A DNA stretch of 64,000 bases from an uncultured cyanobacterium (lineage in GTDB: Bacteria; Cyanobacteriota; Cyanobacteriia; PCC-9006; JAAUQQ01), in NCBI GenBank assembly GCA_963718615.1, contig OY970368.1, positions 3,968,001 through 4,032,000 of the forward strand, written 5' to 3'. The notes under the pieces were generated by a model. That model did no database searches, was not told the DNA's origin, and saw nothing but the letters and a program-made list of their open reading frames with translations. Position 1 is the first letter of the stretch, and every line of letters starts with the position of its first letter. Shown in pieces: positions 41,179-51,576 of this stretch. Both the position numbers and the translations under genes were made by a program.

Positions 41179-43116
41179 TTAAGGTAAATTGGCGATCACC
41201 ACCGGCTCAATCGCTTCGGCAACCTTAAAGCCAAAGACTTTGGCATAAAAGTAAAGCTCACCATCCAGGGTTCGCTTAATATTTTCAGCCTTGCGAAAGC
41301 CGTGCTGCTCGCCAGGAAACGCTACATAGGCAACGGGCAGTCCTTTTGATTGCAAAACCTCAACCATGCGCTCGGTTTGGTTCGGCGGCACCACCTTGTC
41401 ATCCAGACCCTGGAAGAAAATGACTGGACAGGAGAGGTGCTCGGCATGGTGAATGGGCGATCGCGCCTCATACAGGGCCTTATTCTCAGGATAAGGACCC
41501 ACCAAGCTATCGAGATAGCGCGCTTCAAATTTGTGGGTGTCTTCCGCCAACGCCGTCAAGTCGCTGACGCCATAGCGGCTGGCCCCAGCTTTGAAGACGT
41601 CGTAAAACGTCAGGGCACAAAGGGTGGTGTAGCCGCCTGCGCTGCCGCCGTGGATCGTGAGGCGATCGCCATCCACATCCCCCCGTTCGACCAAATAGCG
41701 CGCGCCATTGACACAGTCTTCCACATCCGCCACGCCCCACTGGCCCTTGAGGGCATCCCGATAGGCACGACCATAGCCGGTACTGCCGCGATAGTTTACA
41801 TCTAGCACCGCAAAGCCTCGACTGGTCCAATACTGAATGCTAAGGTTCAGGCAACTCCGAGCCGCTGCGGTGGGTCCGCCGTGGCTTTTAACCAGTAGAG
41901 GCGGGCGTTCGCGATCCTGGGCCAGATAATCACGATTTTGCGGCGGATAATAAATTCCGTGGGCGACCTGGCCCCCGGTGGTAGGAAACGTAATCAGTTC
42001 CGGTCGGGAGAGATAGCCAGGGTCAAGGGTTAGCTCGCTGGAAGAATGGAGAACCGAGAGCGATCGCGTCGCCAGATCCAACTGAACAATTTCCGTCTGT
42101 CCCGTGGCCGAGCCCGCAATAAAGACAGCCCGTTCCGAATTTGCCTGCATGTCGCTGATTTCGGTATAGGGGCTCTCTAAGGTTTCGAGCTTGCCCGTAC
42201 GGGTATCAACCAGCGCCAGATACCAGATGCCATTTTGGGTATAGGTGCAGACCATTTGTTCTGCCGTCGCAAAGGCATAGGTGTCCATACAAAACACCCA
42301 GTGGGGTAGGCCAAACTCGGCGGCCATGGGGCAAAGTGCTTCCACCGCGCGACCGTTCCAGCGGTAGAAATTCCACCAGCCCATATCGCGATCGCTCACA
42401 AAATACAACTGTCCATCCGGCGACCACTTCGGCTCCACCACCGATTCCTGCGGTCCACCGGCAATGTGCTGAATATTGCCCAACGAACCATCCACCTGGA
42501 ACGTTCCCACCCAAAGATCGGCCCGGTCCCAGGGCATATCGGGATGATTCCAGCTCACCCAGGCCAGTTGGGTACCATCGGGGCTGAGGCGCGGCGCAGC
42601 ATAAAAATCATCGCCGCTCACCAAAACGGTGCCCCCTGCTTCGTCTCCCTCCCAGGAAACCGCAACTAGCGTATTAATAGGCTCTTGCTCTGCTCGGTGG
42701 TCTTCCCGAACCCCAATCCAACGCCGCCGCTTGGCATCAATTTGGCCATCGGCAAACCGCAGCGATAGCTCCGGCGTCAGGGGCTGAGGCATTTCTCCCG
42801 CTGCCAACCGATAGAGTCGCTGATCATCATTATTAGAAAAGTAGGTCACCCCTTCGTGAATCACAAAGGAACCTCCACCATATTCATGCACCCAGTTACG
42901 AACACTGAACGGGGCCGCATTCACCTCGCGTACAGATCCATCCGGACACTGATGCAACAGGACACTCCGTCCGCCCTCTGCTGGACGCATCTCCAACCAA
43001 TAGGTATCCTGAGCTTCCAGGGCCGTACCAATTAAGCTGACGGTGCTAGCGACGATCAGATCTGCGGTAATCGGAGATTTCCAAGAACCGTAGGGAGCTG
43101 CGATCGCAGGGGTCAT
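41179..43116 (-). CDS. S9 family (prolyl oligopeptidase-like) peptidase
   Basis: APYGSWKSPI, HGGP, GGSAGG, DKVVPP, GEQHGFR. Confidence 0.95.
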   Translation of the reverse strand: MTPAIAAPYGSWKSPITADLIVASTVSLIGTALEAQDTYWLEMRPAEGGRSVLLHQCPDGSVREVNAAPFSVRNWVHEYGGGSFVIHEGVTYFSNNDDQRLYRLAAGEMPQPLTPELSLRFADGQIDAKRRRWIGVREDHRAEQEPINTLVAVSWEGDEAGGTVLVSGDDFYAAPRLSPDGTQLAWVSWNHPDMPWDRADLWVGTFQVDGSLGNIQHIAGGPQESVVEPKWSPDGQLYFVSDRDMGWWNFYRWNGRAVEALCPMAAEFGLPHWVFCMDTYAFATAEQMVCTYTQNGIWYLALVDTRTGKLETLESPYTEISDMQANSERAVFIAGSATGQTEIVQLDLATRSLSVLHSSSELTLDPGYLSRPELITFPTTGGQVAHGIYYPPQNRDYLAQDRERPPLLVKSHGGPTAAARSCLNLSIQYWTSRGFAVLDVNYRGSTGYGRAYRDALKGQWGVADVEDCVNGARYLVERGDVDGDRLTIHGGSAGGYTTLCALTFYDVFKAGASRYGVSDLTALAEDTHKFEARYLDSLVGPYPENKALYEARSPIHHAEHLSCPVIFFQGLDDKVVPPNQTERMVEVLQSKGLPVAYVAFPGEQHGFRKAENIKRTLDGELYFYAKVFGFKVAEAIEPVVIANLP

Positions 43117-43616
43117 TCGATCTGTATGCTCAAGTAGAGTCTTCATGCAGGCGCAGTCAACCGCTCTCGATGGACATTTGGAACTTTGTCAGCCGATCGG
43201 TTGTCGATTGAAAAAGCGATCATATCAGGACAACCGACCCAAGGTCGTATCACCCAAATACCGCTCTTCACACAAACGCTGACGGCCATCAATATAGAGC
43301 GAAGGGGTCTGAGCCGACAGGGGGCAGCCTCCTTCCCAAAGCTGACACCCTTTCCCCCCGATCGACTCGCTACTCCTGTGGCCCTGGGGGTCGATAAACA
43401 CTTGACGAATGGTCACACTTCAGCAGCTAGGCGCTTGGGACGAGAATAGGACTCATGCGGGGGGGCGATCGCCCTAGGGTTCTCCGAAATTCCAGCATCG
43501 GAGTCTGTAGCTTCTAAAGAGCCCCGTTACGGGAACGAAACCGAGACCCGCTCAGGGCTTTGGCCTATTCCCAGACGGTGCTCCTCAAAACCCTCTCTGT
43601 TCCTGAGCAGCGTCCC

Positions 43617-43814
43617 ATGACCTTTCCCGATAGTCACTCTCCCGTTCGGGAGATTACGGAGCAAATTCTGGCCAGTCGGCGTATCACGCGAAGCGATCAG
43701 CAGCGGTTGATGGTTACGCTTCTTTCCAAAGAAGCCCTCAGTCACGACGATCGCGTTTTGATCGATCGCATTTTCGATCAACTCCATCGTGGTTTGATCC
43801 ACGTTGTCGACTAG
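43617..43814 (+). CDS. Small conserved-type cyanobacterial hypothetical protein (65 aa)
   Basis: ATG 43617; helical ILASRRITRSDQ..LM...IDRIFDQL.RGLIHVVD pattern; hairpins downstream. Confidence 0.7.
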   Translation: MTFPDSHSPVREITEQILASRRITRSDQQRLMVTLLSKEALSHDDRVLIDRIFDQLHRGLIHVVD

Positions 43815-44156
43815 GACGGGGGCGGTTTTTACCGCTCTCTCCCTGCGACTTAGCATGATGCGCCCTAGGGATTTTATCCGCCCTGGGGCGTTTTGCTACG
43901 CTAAAAAATCTTGCTATTCCCAGGATCCACTGCTAGTCTACAGCAGCATCCTTGACAAACCGGCCAAAACCACTATTGCTGGAGCGGTCACTCGATCGAG
44001 GTGTCTTTACAATAGAGAAAAACCAAGGGCATAATCGGTTGCTCTAAAGCTCTAAAGGCCGAAAGCTCCCAAGCCCAAAAGCTCCCAAGCCCAAAAGCCC
44101 AAAAGCCATCTTTCCCGAGAGCACCCCGGAGCCGCTGCCACTCACTGCTTTGCGTT

Positions 44157-45632
44157 ATGACACAGCCCAATCTCATTTCTTTAGCCAAGCAGGGGGACAC
44201 TCGCGCCCTCACGAATTTACTCAACCGTTCGCTACAGGCACGGGGAATTGTGGCCAAGGCCACCCGGCGGGAGGGGACGCTCCATGTACTCCTTGAAGCG
44301 GAGACTCCCCCCAGTCAAGGTGCTTCAGTACGTTGCATTCAACAGGGGCTAGAGAAGCTTGACCTGGTGGATACCCCCGTGACGATCTATGGGCGTCAGC
44401 AGGGGACCACCAAAATTACTTGGCAAGAGCATCTTGATGCGCCCATCAATCAGTTTTCGTCCGATCAGTTTTCGCCTGATCCAGGCAATCCCTTTGAGTC
44501 CTCGATTGATGCGCCGCTGAGCGAGGGCTTTGACAAGCCAGAGCTAACCACGGGTGAACCCACCAAGGCTTCGGTGGATTGGTCGGATCAGGCCACGGCG
44601 ATCGAGTCTATTGAGCCGTTACCAACGCCGCCGCCCCCCCCCGGTGTCATTCCCAATCGCGGAGAATCTACGGCCAATTCTCGGAGTTGGGATGATTTTG
44701 ACTTAAATGAAGCGGGCTACAGTGGTGCTGCACCGGCTTCCATGCCCTCTGATCCGGCCTACGGTGAAGTGGAGGCAGGCTGGGGAGGCGAATTTACCCA
44801 AGAGTATTCGCCTGAATTACTAGAACCGACCCTGATCGTGAATGATGAGGGAGAGGATGAATTAGAAACTCCCCTGAGCGATGAGGATGCGGATAGCGAG
44901 ATTTTGCTTTCCCTCTGGGACGACGCCAACTTGGAAGAGGATGATCTAGAAGACCCTTCCGCTGAGGTTTCGGTGGGTAATCTAAACCTTTGGCAAGGGG
45001 ATAATGCTACGCCTCAAGAGGCTGAGTCCACGGTCTTGTCTGATAATCCCATGGTGGTGGGAGAGCCGAGTGGTCGGAGGAACAAGGGCGATCGCCAACG
45101 CTCTGCCCTCCCCCTTCTACTGTTGGGATTGCTAGCAATTGTGGGCGGTATTGCGGCGGCGGCCTGGCTGAATCCCACTTGGCTGGCCCAGGTGCCAGGG
45201 GTGGGTCCGCTGCTAGCTACGAAGGATGGATCTTCTGGTCAAGAGACCGAACCTTCACCTTCCGACTCGGACGCGCCCCCCGTTGTTCAACAGAAAGCCT
45301 CTCCGCCAACGACAGAGGGATCTGCCAGCAATTCCCCAGAGGGTTCTACCGCCCCTGAGAATCCTGAGCCCCCAACATCCGAGGCGACGCCTGTGCCTGG
45401 GGTTACGGTTGAACCCTTTCGAGATGCGGTCAATGCGGCGATGCAGGCGGCTAATTTAGCCCAAGTGGCGAGCAGCGCAGATGAATGGCGTTTAGTGGCA
45501 GATTTTTGGGAGCAAGCCGTGAAAAATATGCAGGCCGTTCCCGCCGACCACCCACGCTACGAAACGGCACAGCAAAAGATTTCAGAGTACCAGCGCAATC
45601 TCGAATATGCTCAGCAGCGGATGAATAATTAG
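44157..45632 (+). CDS. Single-pass membrane protein with acidic disordered linker
   Basis: N-terminal AKQGD..AL..LLNRSL domain, D/E/P-rich middle, TM helix, TPR-like C-terminus (AQQKISEYQRNLEYA). Confidence 0.8.
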   Translation: MTQPNLISLAKQGDTRALTNLLNRSLQARGIVAKATRREGTLHVLLEAETPPSQGASVRCIQQGLEKLDLVDTPVTIYGRQQGTTKITWQEHLDAPINQFSSDQFSPDPGNPFESSIDAPLSEGFDKPELTTGEPTKASVDWSDQATAIESIEPLPTPPPPPGVIPNRGESTANSRSWDDFDLNEAGYSGAAPASMPSDPAYGEVEAGWGGEFTQEYSPELLEPTLIVNDEGEDELETPLSDEDADSEILLSLWDDANLEEDDLEDPSAEVSVGNLNLWQGDNATPQEAESTVLSDNPMVVGEPSGRRNKGDRQRSALPLLLLGLLAIVGGIAAAAWLNPTWLAQVPGVGPLLATKDGSSGQETEPSPSDSDAPPVVQQKASPPTTEGSASNSPEGSTAPENPEPPTSEATPVPGVTVEPFRDAVNAAMQAANLAQVASSADEWRLVADFWEQAVKNMQAVPADHPRYETAQQKISEYQRNLEYAQQRMNN

Positions 45633-45779
45633 CCGTTCATGAGTCTAACGACTAGAATTCTGCGGCTTTGCAACAAGTCGCAACAGAGGTCTTTGCAATT
45701 CACAATGTTTGCTGAAGCTTCGCTAAAGTTCCGTACGCAGAAAAACAAAGTGTATTTCAATACGTGATAGACTTACCTT

Positions 45780-45805
45780 GGACGATGTTTAACATCGTCC
45801 TTTTT
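45780..45805 (+). terminator. Intrinsic terminator-like hairpin
   Basis: GGACGATGTT-T-AACATCGTCC followed by TTTTT. Confidence 0.6.
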
Positions 45806-46425
45806 ACATGATTATTTTAAATATTTCATGAGGAATCCCACTTTTAGTTGGCGATCGCCTCCCTCTCTCGTAAGCTAGGGTACGATTACTACTATATTCA
45901 TGGTCCCTCTCCTACCTGATTAAAATTATACATTTTGTTCTAGACGATCCGAATTCTTCCAACGGATTGGGCAGCCAGAGCTTTCCGGTTACACCCAGAA
46001 CTTTGTAGAATCTAGATAATGTAGGGGCGACCTTAAGGGTTGTCGATGGGCGTCGTTCTATTCTTGAGGTCGCTATCTATATTCTGCTTAGTTCAAGATC
46101 ATTATCTTTGTGTTTAATTGGTTTCTGTTCCGTTCGATATCTATTCCAAAGCTTGATATATATGATTCCTCTTATGAATAAATCGGTCCGCATGGCTCAT
46201 TGAACCCTTGGGACATTGGTTCGGCGTACTACGCTGTTAGGACCGGTGTGCTTAGCCTTTTGTGTCTTATTTTGCGGAAGTATTGGCCAAGGTTCACGAT
46301 GAATCTGAGGCTAGGCTTTCATTTTCCTAAATTTTCTCTAAATTCACCTCTTTATATTCCCTGTGAGACCAGACAAACTTGCTCCACTGCGACAAAAACT
46401 GCATCATGTTGCGACGGAAGGTCGA

Positions 46426-46932
46426 ATGACCCGCCTTTCCATTTTTGTGGATGGCAACAATATGTTCTATGCCCAGCAAAAAAATGGCTGGTTTTTTGAC
46501 CCGCGTCGGGTTCTCGAGTATTTTGCTCGGAATGTTGATACCGAATTGATGAATGCTTTTTGGTACACCGGCATCAAGGATCCTCAGGATCAGCGTGGCT
46601 TTCGTGATGCCTTGATCAGTCTGGGCTATACGGTGCGAACCAAAATACTTAAAGAGTATTATGACGATAACTCCGGGCGCTATTCCCAAAAGGCGAATCT
46701 GGATATTGAAATCGTGATTGATATGTTCAACACCGTGAATCAGTATGATGCGGTGGTGTTGTTTAGTGGTGATGGTGATTTTGAACGGGCGATCGAGCTT
46801 TTGCGCTCCAAAAACACCCACATTACAGTGGTTTCAACGGAGGGGATGATTGCCCGAGAACTGAGAAATGTCACCGATCGCTATATCGATCTCAACGATA
46901 TTCGTAAATACATTGAGAAAAGTGAGTACTGA
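46426..46932 (+). CDS. labA: NYN-domain circadian output protein LabA
   Basis: RLSIFVDGNNMFYAQQKNGWFFDPRRVL, FSGDGDF; start may be GTG 46363. Confidence 0.9.
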   Translation: MTRLSIFVDGNNMFYAQQKNGWFFDPRRVLEYFARNVDTELMNAFWYTGIKDPQDQRGFRDALISLGYTVRTKILKEYYDDNSGRYSQKANLDIEIVIDMFNTVNQYDAVVLFSGDGDFERAIELLRSKNTHITVVSTEGMIARELRNVTDRYIDLNDIRKYIEKSEY

Positions 46933-47752
46933 GTCTGAGACCTATCAAGTGGCAACTTTTTATCAGTTCGTCACTTTGCCGGATTGCCGGGAATGGCAAG
47001 AGCCGCTGTTCCGCTATTGTCAAGCCCAAGAGGTTTGCGGGACGATCCTGTTGGCGGAAGAAGGGATTAATGGGACGATCGCGGGAACCACTTCAGCCGT
47101 TACGGCGGTTTTGGATTATCTGAAGCAAGATCCTCGGTTGGCGATGCTGGGTCACCGAGCCGCAGTGGTTCCTCACCCCCCCTTCCAGCGCCTGAAGGTG
47201 AAGCTCAAATCAGAGATTGTCACGTTTGGCCAGCCCAAGGTGCAGCCTAGTCAACAGGTTGGGACCTATATTGCACCCCAGGATTGGAATCAGTTGATTA
47301 ATGATCCTCAGGTTTTGCTGGTTGATACTCGCAATCACTATGAAGTCGCGATTGGCACGTTTCGTGGGGCAGTCAATCCGGAAACGGCCTCGTTTCGAGA
47401 ATTTGCCCAATATGTTGACCAGTCGTTAGATCCACAGCAGCATCACAAAGTGGCGATGTTTTGTACGGGAGGGATTCGCTGCGAAAAGGCTTCTGCCTAC
47501 TTGCTCCACCAGGGATTTGAGCAGGTTTACCATCTTCAAGGTGGCATTTTGAACTACTTAGAATCAATCCCTGAAGATGAAAGCCTTTGGGAGGGCGAGT
47601 GTTTTGTTTTTGATGAACGGGTTGCGGTTAAGCACGGTTTAGCGCTAGGAAGCTACGGAATGTGCCAAGCCTGTGGCTATCCTCTGTCTGCCGCTGATCA
47701 AGCTTCGGAGCACTATCAACCGGGGCAACATTGTCCCCACTGTATGGATTGA
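46922..47752 (+). CDS. trhO: Rhodanese-related tRNA uridine(34) hydroxylase (UPF0176)
   Basis: EEGINGTI, DTRNHYE, FCTGGIRCEK, GECFVFDER; GTG 46922 overlaps the labA end. Confidence 0.9.
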   Translation: MSTESETYQVATFYQFVTLPDCREWQEPLFRYCQAQEVCGTILLAEEGINGTIAGTTSAVTAVLDYLKQDPRLAMLGHRAAVVPHPPFQRLKVKLKSEIVTFGQPKVQPSQQVGTYIAPQDWNQLINDPQVLLVDTRNHYEVAIGTFRGAVNPETASFREFAQYVDQSLDPQQHHKVAMFCTGGIRCEKASAYLLHQGFEQVYHLQGGILNYLESIPEDESLWEGECFVFDERVAVKHGLALGSYGMCQACGYPLSAADQASEHYQPGQHCPHCMD

Positions 47753-47883
47753 CCACTGTATGGGTTGATAGGAGTATAGAATTCAGACCCAGGAGGTCCA
47801 AATAAAGATTTTTAGCAATGCTCCCCCAACTCTGGCAGGGATGAGAGATGATCGGGATATTTCTGTCTTCAGTTGAAAATCCT

Positions 47884-48426
47884 ATGGTGATGCTCTCCTT
47901 GCGTCGGCTGTTGGCTCTGCTGCTGCTGAGTCTAGTTCTCTTTGTTTCGACGGGTTGTGCGGCGATCGCCCCTCCCAAGCCCCCCTCTCAATTTAGTCAA
48001 GTCCAGGAAGAAACCACTGGACGCAAAGCACCCGATGCGGTTGCAGCGGATGCCCAGAAAGGGGCAAGCTTTAACGCGTTTTTCCCCCGTTCTGTAGCGG
48101 GATATAGCGGCTACGAAATTGTACCGGCTCAAGAAAAGCAAGGCTTTGCAGAGTACAAAGTCAATAATAGTGGGACCAATGTGGCGATGTTGTCGATTAA
48201 CGACACGATTAGTAATCCCGCCGCTGCTGAAAAGTATCAGTCGAGTACGCGAACGATTCAGGGTTATCCAGCGCTCAACATTGGCAACAATGGCACGGGG
48301 GTATTGGTGAGCGATCGCTTCCAAGTGAAAGTGCAATCCCGCGATGCTTCATTTACTGCCGAAGACCGTGATGCCTGGCTGCAAAAATTTGATTTTAAAG
48401 GACTCTCAAAGTTAAGCAAAGGATAA
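47884..48426 (+). CDS. Hypothetical lipoprotein
   Basis: Signal peptide ending STG-C; QEKQGFAEYK and FQVKVQSRD..F...DR.AWL.KF. Confidence 0.8.
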   Translation: MVMLSLRRLLALLLLSLVLFVSTGCAAIAPPKPPSQFSQVQEETTGRKAPDAVAADAQKGASFNAFFPRSVAGYSGYEIVPAQEKQGFAEYKVNNSGTNVAMLSINDTISNPAAAEKYQSSTRTIQGYPALNIGNNGTGVLVSDRFQVKVQSRDASFTAEDRDAWLQKFDFKGLSKLSKG

Positions 48427-48504
48427 ACCCATCGTCATTGATCTTTGGGTTACCGATTTCCCGTTTTGTTCATCCCCATTCCTTGCATTTGACAGGAGCT
48501 GACT

Positions 48505-49395
48505 GTGAGTCAAAAACCGATTTTTACGCTGGTTGATGAGCTGCCCACTGGTGGCTTAACCGTGATGGCGCTGCGGGCCTTAGATTTTGCTGTACCAGGG
48601 CAGTGGAACAATTTGGTTGGCTTTAACCAAACCATTCGCGAGGTTACGGGCGAAACCGATGAAGCGCTAATTCAGTCCATCGGAGAGCGGGCCGTGACTT
48701 TGTTTAACGATAAGTCGGAAGGCTATCAACGGGCTCTGTGGCTGTATCAAACCGTAGATGCGGGCTCCAGTGCTTTGGGGGCAGGCATGTTGGCGAATAA
48801 GGCAACGGAAAATATTTCGTTCCTGGGTCTAATCAACAAGTTGACCCCGAAACCAGAGAAGGCTCAAAGCTTCGACCTGACGGTTAAGTTGGTGGTCGAA
48901 CTAGTCGCATTCTGTCAAATTAACGGAATTCCTGGTAATAGCATTGGCGACTTTCTGGCAGCGGTCAAGGACTATGGCGGTGAGTCGCTTATGCGCATGG
49001 CTGCGCTGATTTGCTATGACGGTTTGGTGCCCCTGGGACCGACCTATGCTGAAAAGGGGTTGCAAACCCTCAAGGCTTCGACGGCTTCGGATCTGGACCA
49101 CAACAAAACCTTCAAAAGCGTCAAGGAACTGATTCCAGGCGATAGTGATAAGGGCAAGTTGTCCTTTGTGACGGAGAGTTTTGAGTCAGTTCAGGATTGG
49201 ATGGTGAAGTTCACAGCGGATAAGGGTCTCACCCAGGATCGGGTTGTTGGTAGTTTGAGTAAGTTTGTAGATCTATCTAAGGACAAGCTGGAGTACCTTG
49301 GCGCATTCTTGGACGTGAGCACAAATTACTATGAGCATACGGGGGTTCAAACCTTGGCTCGGCGACTAGTTGAGCGGGCGGCTGCGGAGGTTTAA
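48505..49395 (+). CDS. Conserved hypothetical protein
   Basis: AGGAG RBS plus GTG start; 296 aa; C-terminal NYYEHTG.QTLARRL.ERA.AE. Confidence 0.85.
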   Translation: MSQKPIFTLVDELPTGGLTVMALRALDFAVPGQWNNLVGFNQTIREVTGETDEALIQSIGERAVTLFNDKSEGYQRALWLYQTVDAGSSALGAGMLANKATENISFLGLINKLTPKPEKAQSFDLTVKLVVELVAFCQINGIPGNSIGDFLAAVKDYGGESLMRMAALICYDGLVPLGPTYAEKGLQTLKASTASDLDHNKTFKSVKELIPGDSDKGKLSFVTESFESVQDWMVKFTADKGLTQDRVVGSLSKFVDLSKDKLEYLGAFLDVSTNYYEHTGVQTLARRLVERAAAEV

Positions 49396-49473
49396 CCTGA
49401 ACCTTTGCTCAAAGCCTATGAGGGTTGGTAGCCGTTGACTTTTAGCCGTTGACTTTTAGCCGTTGACTTTAGG

Positions 49474-49503
49474 GTACAGAGGCGTAGCAGAATATGCCTC
49501 TAC
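49474..49503. repeat. GTAG-type REP-like palindrome between convergent genes
   Basis: Minus strand GTAGAGGCATATTCTGCTACGCCTCTGTAC, preceded on + by three AGCCGTTGACTTTT-like copies. Confidence 0.55.
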
Positions 49504-49504
49504 C

Positions 49505-51433
49505 CTAAACCCGCAAACCCAAACTTGCCTCTACAACATCTTCGGTCTCAACGGTATGAAAGGCTTCAAGCTGATTTGTGATCGCAGTTTGGGCGATCGC
49601 CAATCCACAGGCCAAATCAATACTGGCTTGATCCAAACTACCCAAGACCTGGTCGAGGGTCATGGGTTGGTCGATGCCGACTTCGGCTTTCAGCACGGGC
49701 AACTGGTGCAGACCTCGGCTGTGCATGCGTTTGAGGGCCGTGGCGATCGCCTCAGACGCCTGGGCATAGACCAACCGCACCGCAAAGACTTCCCCAATCG
49801 GTCGCAGACTCGCCATGGATTCGGTTCCCACAGCGCTCACTAGGGCACGGTTGATATCCTTGAGTGTCACCACGCCAATAATTTCGGCTTCACGATTGAC
49901 AATCAACGCACTCCGACTTTGCTGCTGCAGCAACGCTTGGCCCGCCGCCATAATGCTGAGGTCCCCATCCAACACCGGCAGGGCATGGGTCATGGCTTCG
50001 CTCACGGGCAGGGTTTGCAGAATTTCTTGCAGCGGTTCGCGCTGCATCTGGACCCCCATCGGTTCCAACGGAGCCTGGTCGGTACTGGGTTGCGCTGTTA
50101 GTTTTTCCACGAGCCAAACGCTGAGCCCCACCGCTGCCATTAGCGGTAGCACGATGCGATAATCACGGGTCATCTCAAATAGCAACAGAATCGCCGTCAG
50201 CGGCGCACGGGCACTTCCGGCCAAGACTGCGGCCATACCAACCATGGCGTAGGCTGGTGGTGCAGCCACGGGGAGGAAGGGAAAGAGGAGGGCGATCGCC
50301 TGCCCATACACCGCCCCCAAACAAGCCCCCAAATACATTGCTGGCGCAAAGCCGCCTCCCACTAAACCACTGCCTAGACAGAGGGAGGTGACAAACAGTT
50401 TTAGACCCAACAAACTGATGAGGAGCTCAACCGGAAAGGGCGTATTGCGCAAAATCGCCTCGACAGTTTCATAGCCAACCCCTAGGATCTGGGGAAATTC
50501 CAGCGCTAGAATCCCCACAATCGCCCCTCCAAACATCGGCTGGAGCCAGCGAGGAATCTGGGCAAGCAAAGTCCAGCCCCCTTCCCCCCGAAAGCTCTGT
50601 TGGGCAAACTGGGTGGCTTGGGTAAAGGCGATGGAAATGCCACTCGCCAGAATTCCCAAACCAATATATAAGGGCAATTCCAACGGGCTGCGGACTTCAT
50701 AGGCCGGCAGCGCCAGGGCCGGTTGTGCTCCAATCCCCATCTGTGCCAGCCAAGCGGCAATCACGGCAGCCAACAGCACCAAGCTCACCGAGGCACTGCT
50801 GAACGTCGCCCCCATGAACACTTCCAGGGCTAAAAACACCCCCGCAACCGGCGCATTAAACCCCGCCGCCAGCCCCGCCGCGACCCCGGCGCTCAGCATT
50901 AATCCCAACCGCTCTTGGGAAACCCGCAGATGCTTGCCCCACCGGACGCCCAAACTTGCACCAATCTCAACGCTTGGCCCTTCAGGTCCTAAGGAGGCTC
51001 CGGTTCCCAGGGAGACGGCTGCTCCAATCAGCTTGGGCCAAGTATGTAGCTCACCGGCGTCTGCCTCTTGCAGCGACGAGAGTCCCGGCCCAAAATCCTG
51101 CCAGCGCCAGCGCATCAGTCCTACTATCAACCCACCCAATGCCGGAATTAGGGCCATGGTCCAGTAGCCAAAACCGGACAGATAACTGCTGAGAGGACCG
51201 TGACTCAGATGATGGATTAAATGGTAGCAATGGTGAAAGAGAACAACGGTGAGACCCGTACTGGCACCGATGACCAAGGCCCAAATGAGTCCCAAACCTT
51301 CGGCGGATCGGAGGCGATCGCCATAGGTCTTAAGTTGCGACTTGAGAGGACGCAAGGGGTTAGACAGGGCTGGAGTGAGACGGAGAATTAGGCGTTGGAC
51401 AGCGGCATGAGACAGCAGTGAGAAGGTGGTCAT
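49505..51433 (-). CDS. ClC chloride channel/antiporter with CBS pair
   Basis: GASLGPEGPSVEIG, GGGFAP, C-terminal CBS domains; start uncertain. Confidence 0.92.
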   Translation of the reverse strand: MTTFSLLSHAAVQRLILRLTPALSNPLRPLKSQLKTYGDRLRSAEGLGLIWALVIGASTGLTVVLFHHCYHLIHHLSHGPLSSYLSGFGYWTMALIPALGGLIVGLMRWRWQDFGPGLSSLQEADAGELHTWPKLIGAAVSLGTGASLGPEGPSVEIGASLGVRWGKHLRVSQERLGLMLSAGVAAGLAAGFNAPVAGVFLALEVFMGATFSSASVSLVLLAAVIAAWLAQMGIGAQPALALPAYEVRSPLELPLYIGLGILASGISIAFTQATQFAQQSFRGEGGWTLLAQIPRWLQPMFGGAIVGILALEFPQILGVGYETVEAILRNTPFPVELLISLLGLKLFVTSLCLGSGLVGGGFAPAMYLGACLGAVYGQAIALLFPFLPVAAPPAYAMVGMAAVLAGSARAPLTAILLLFEMTRDYRIVLPLMAAVGLSVWLVEKLTAQPSTDQAPLEPMGVQMQREPLQEILQTLPVSEAMTHALPVLDGDLSIMAAGQALLQQQSRSALIVNREAEIIGVVTLKDINRALVSAVGTESMASLRPIGEVFAVRLVYAQASEAIATALKRMHSRGLHQLPVLKAEVGIDQPMTLDQVLGSLDQASIDLACGLAIAQTAITNQLEAFHTVETEDVVEASLGLRV

Positions 51434-51576
51434 GGAGGGTGCATCGGGCAGCGGGGAGTGCGGCAAAAAGAGACGATAGTTACATTCTGTGATACTTTTC
51501 TCAGTTTGCCCAGTCCCTCATCCGGGGGGATTTTCACGACTTTTACTGCAGTTCTCTACACATGGGGATAAGGGTC

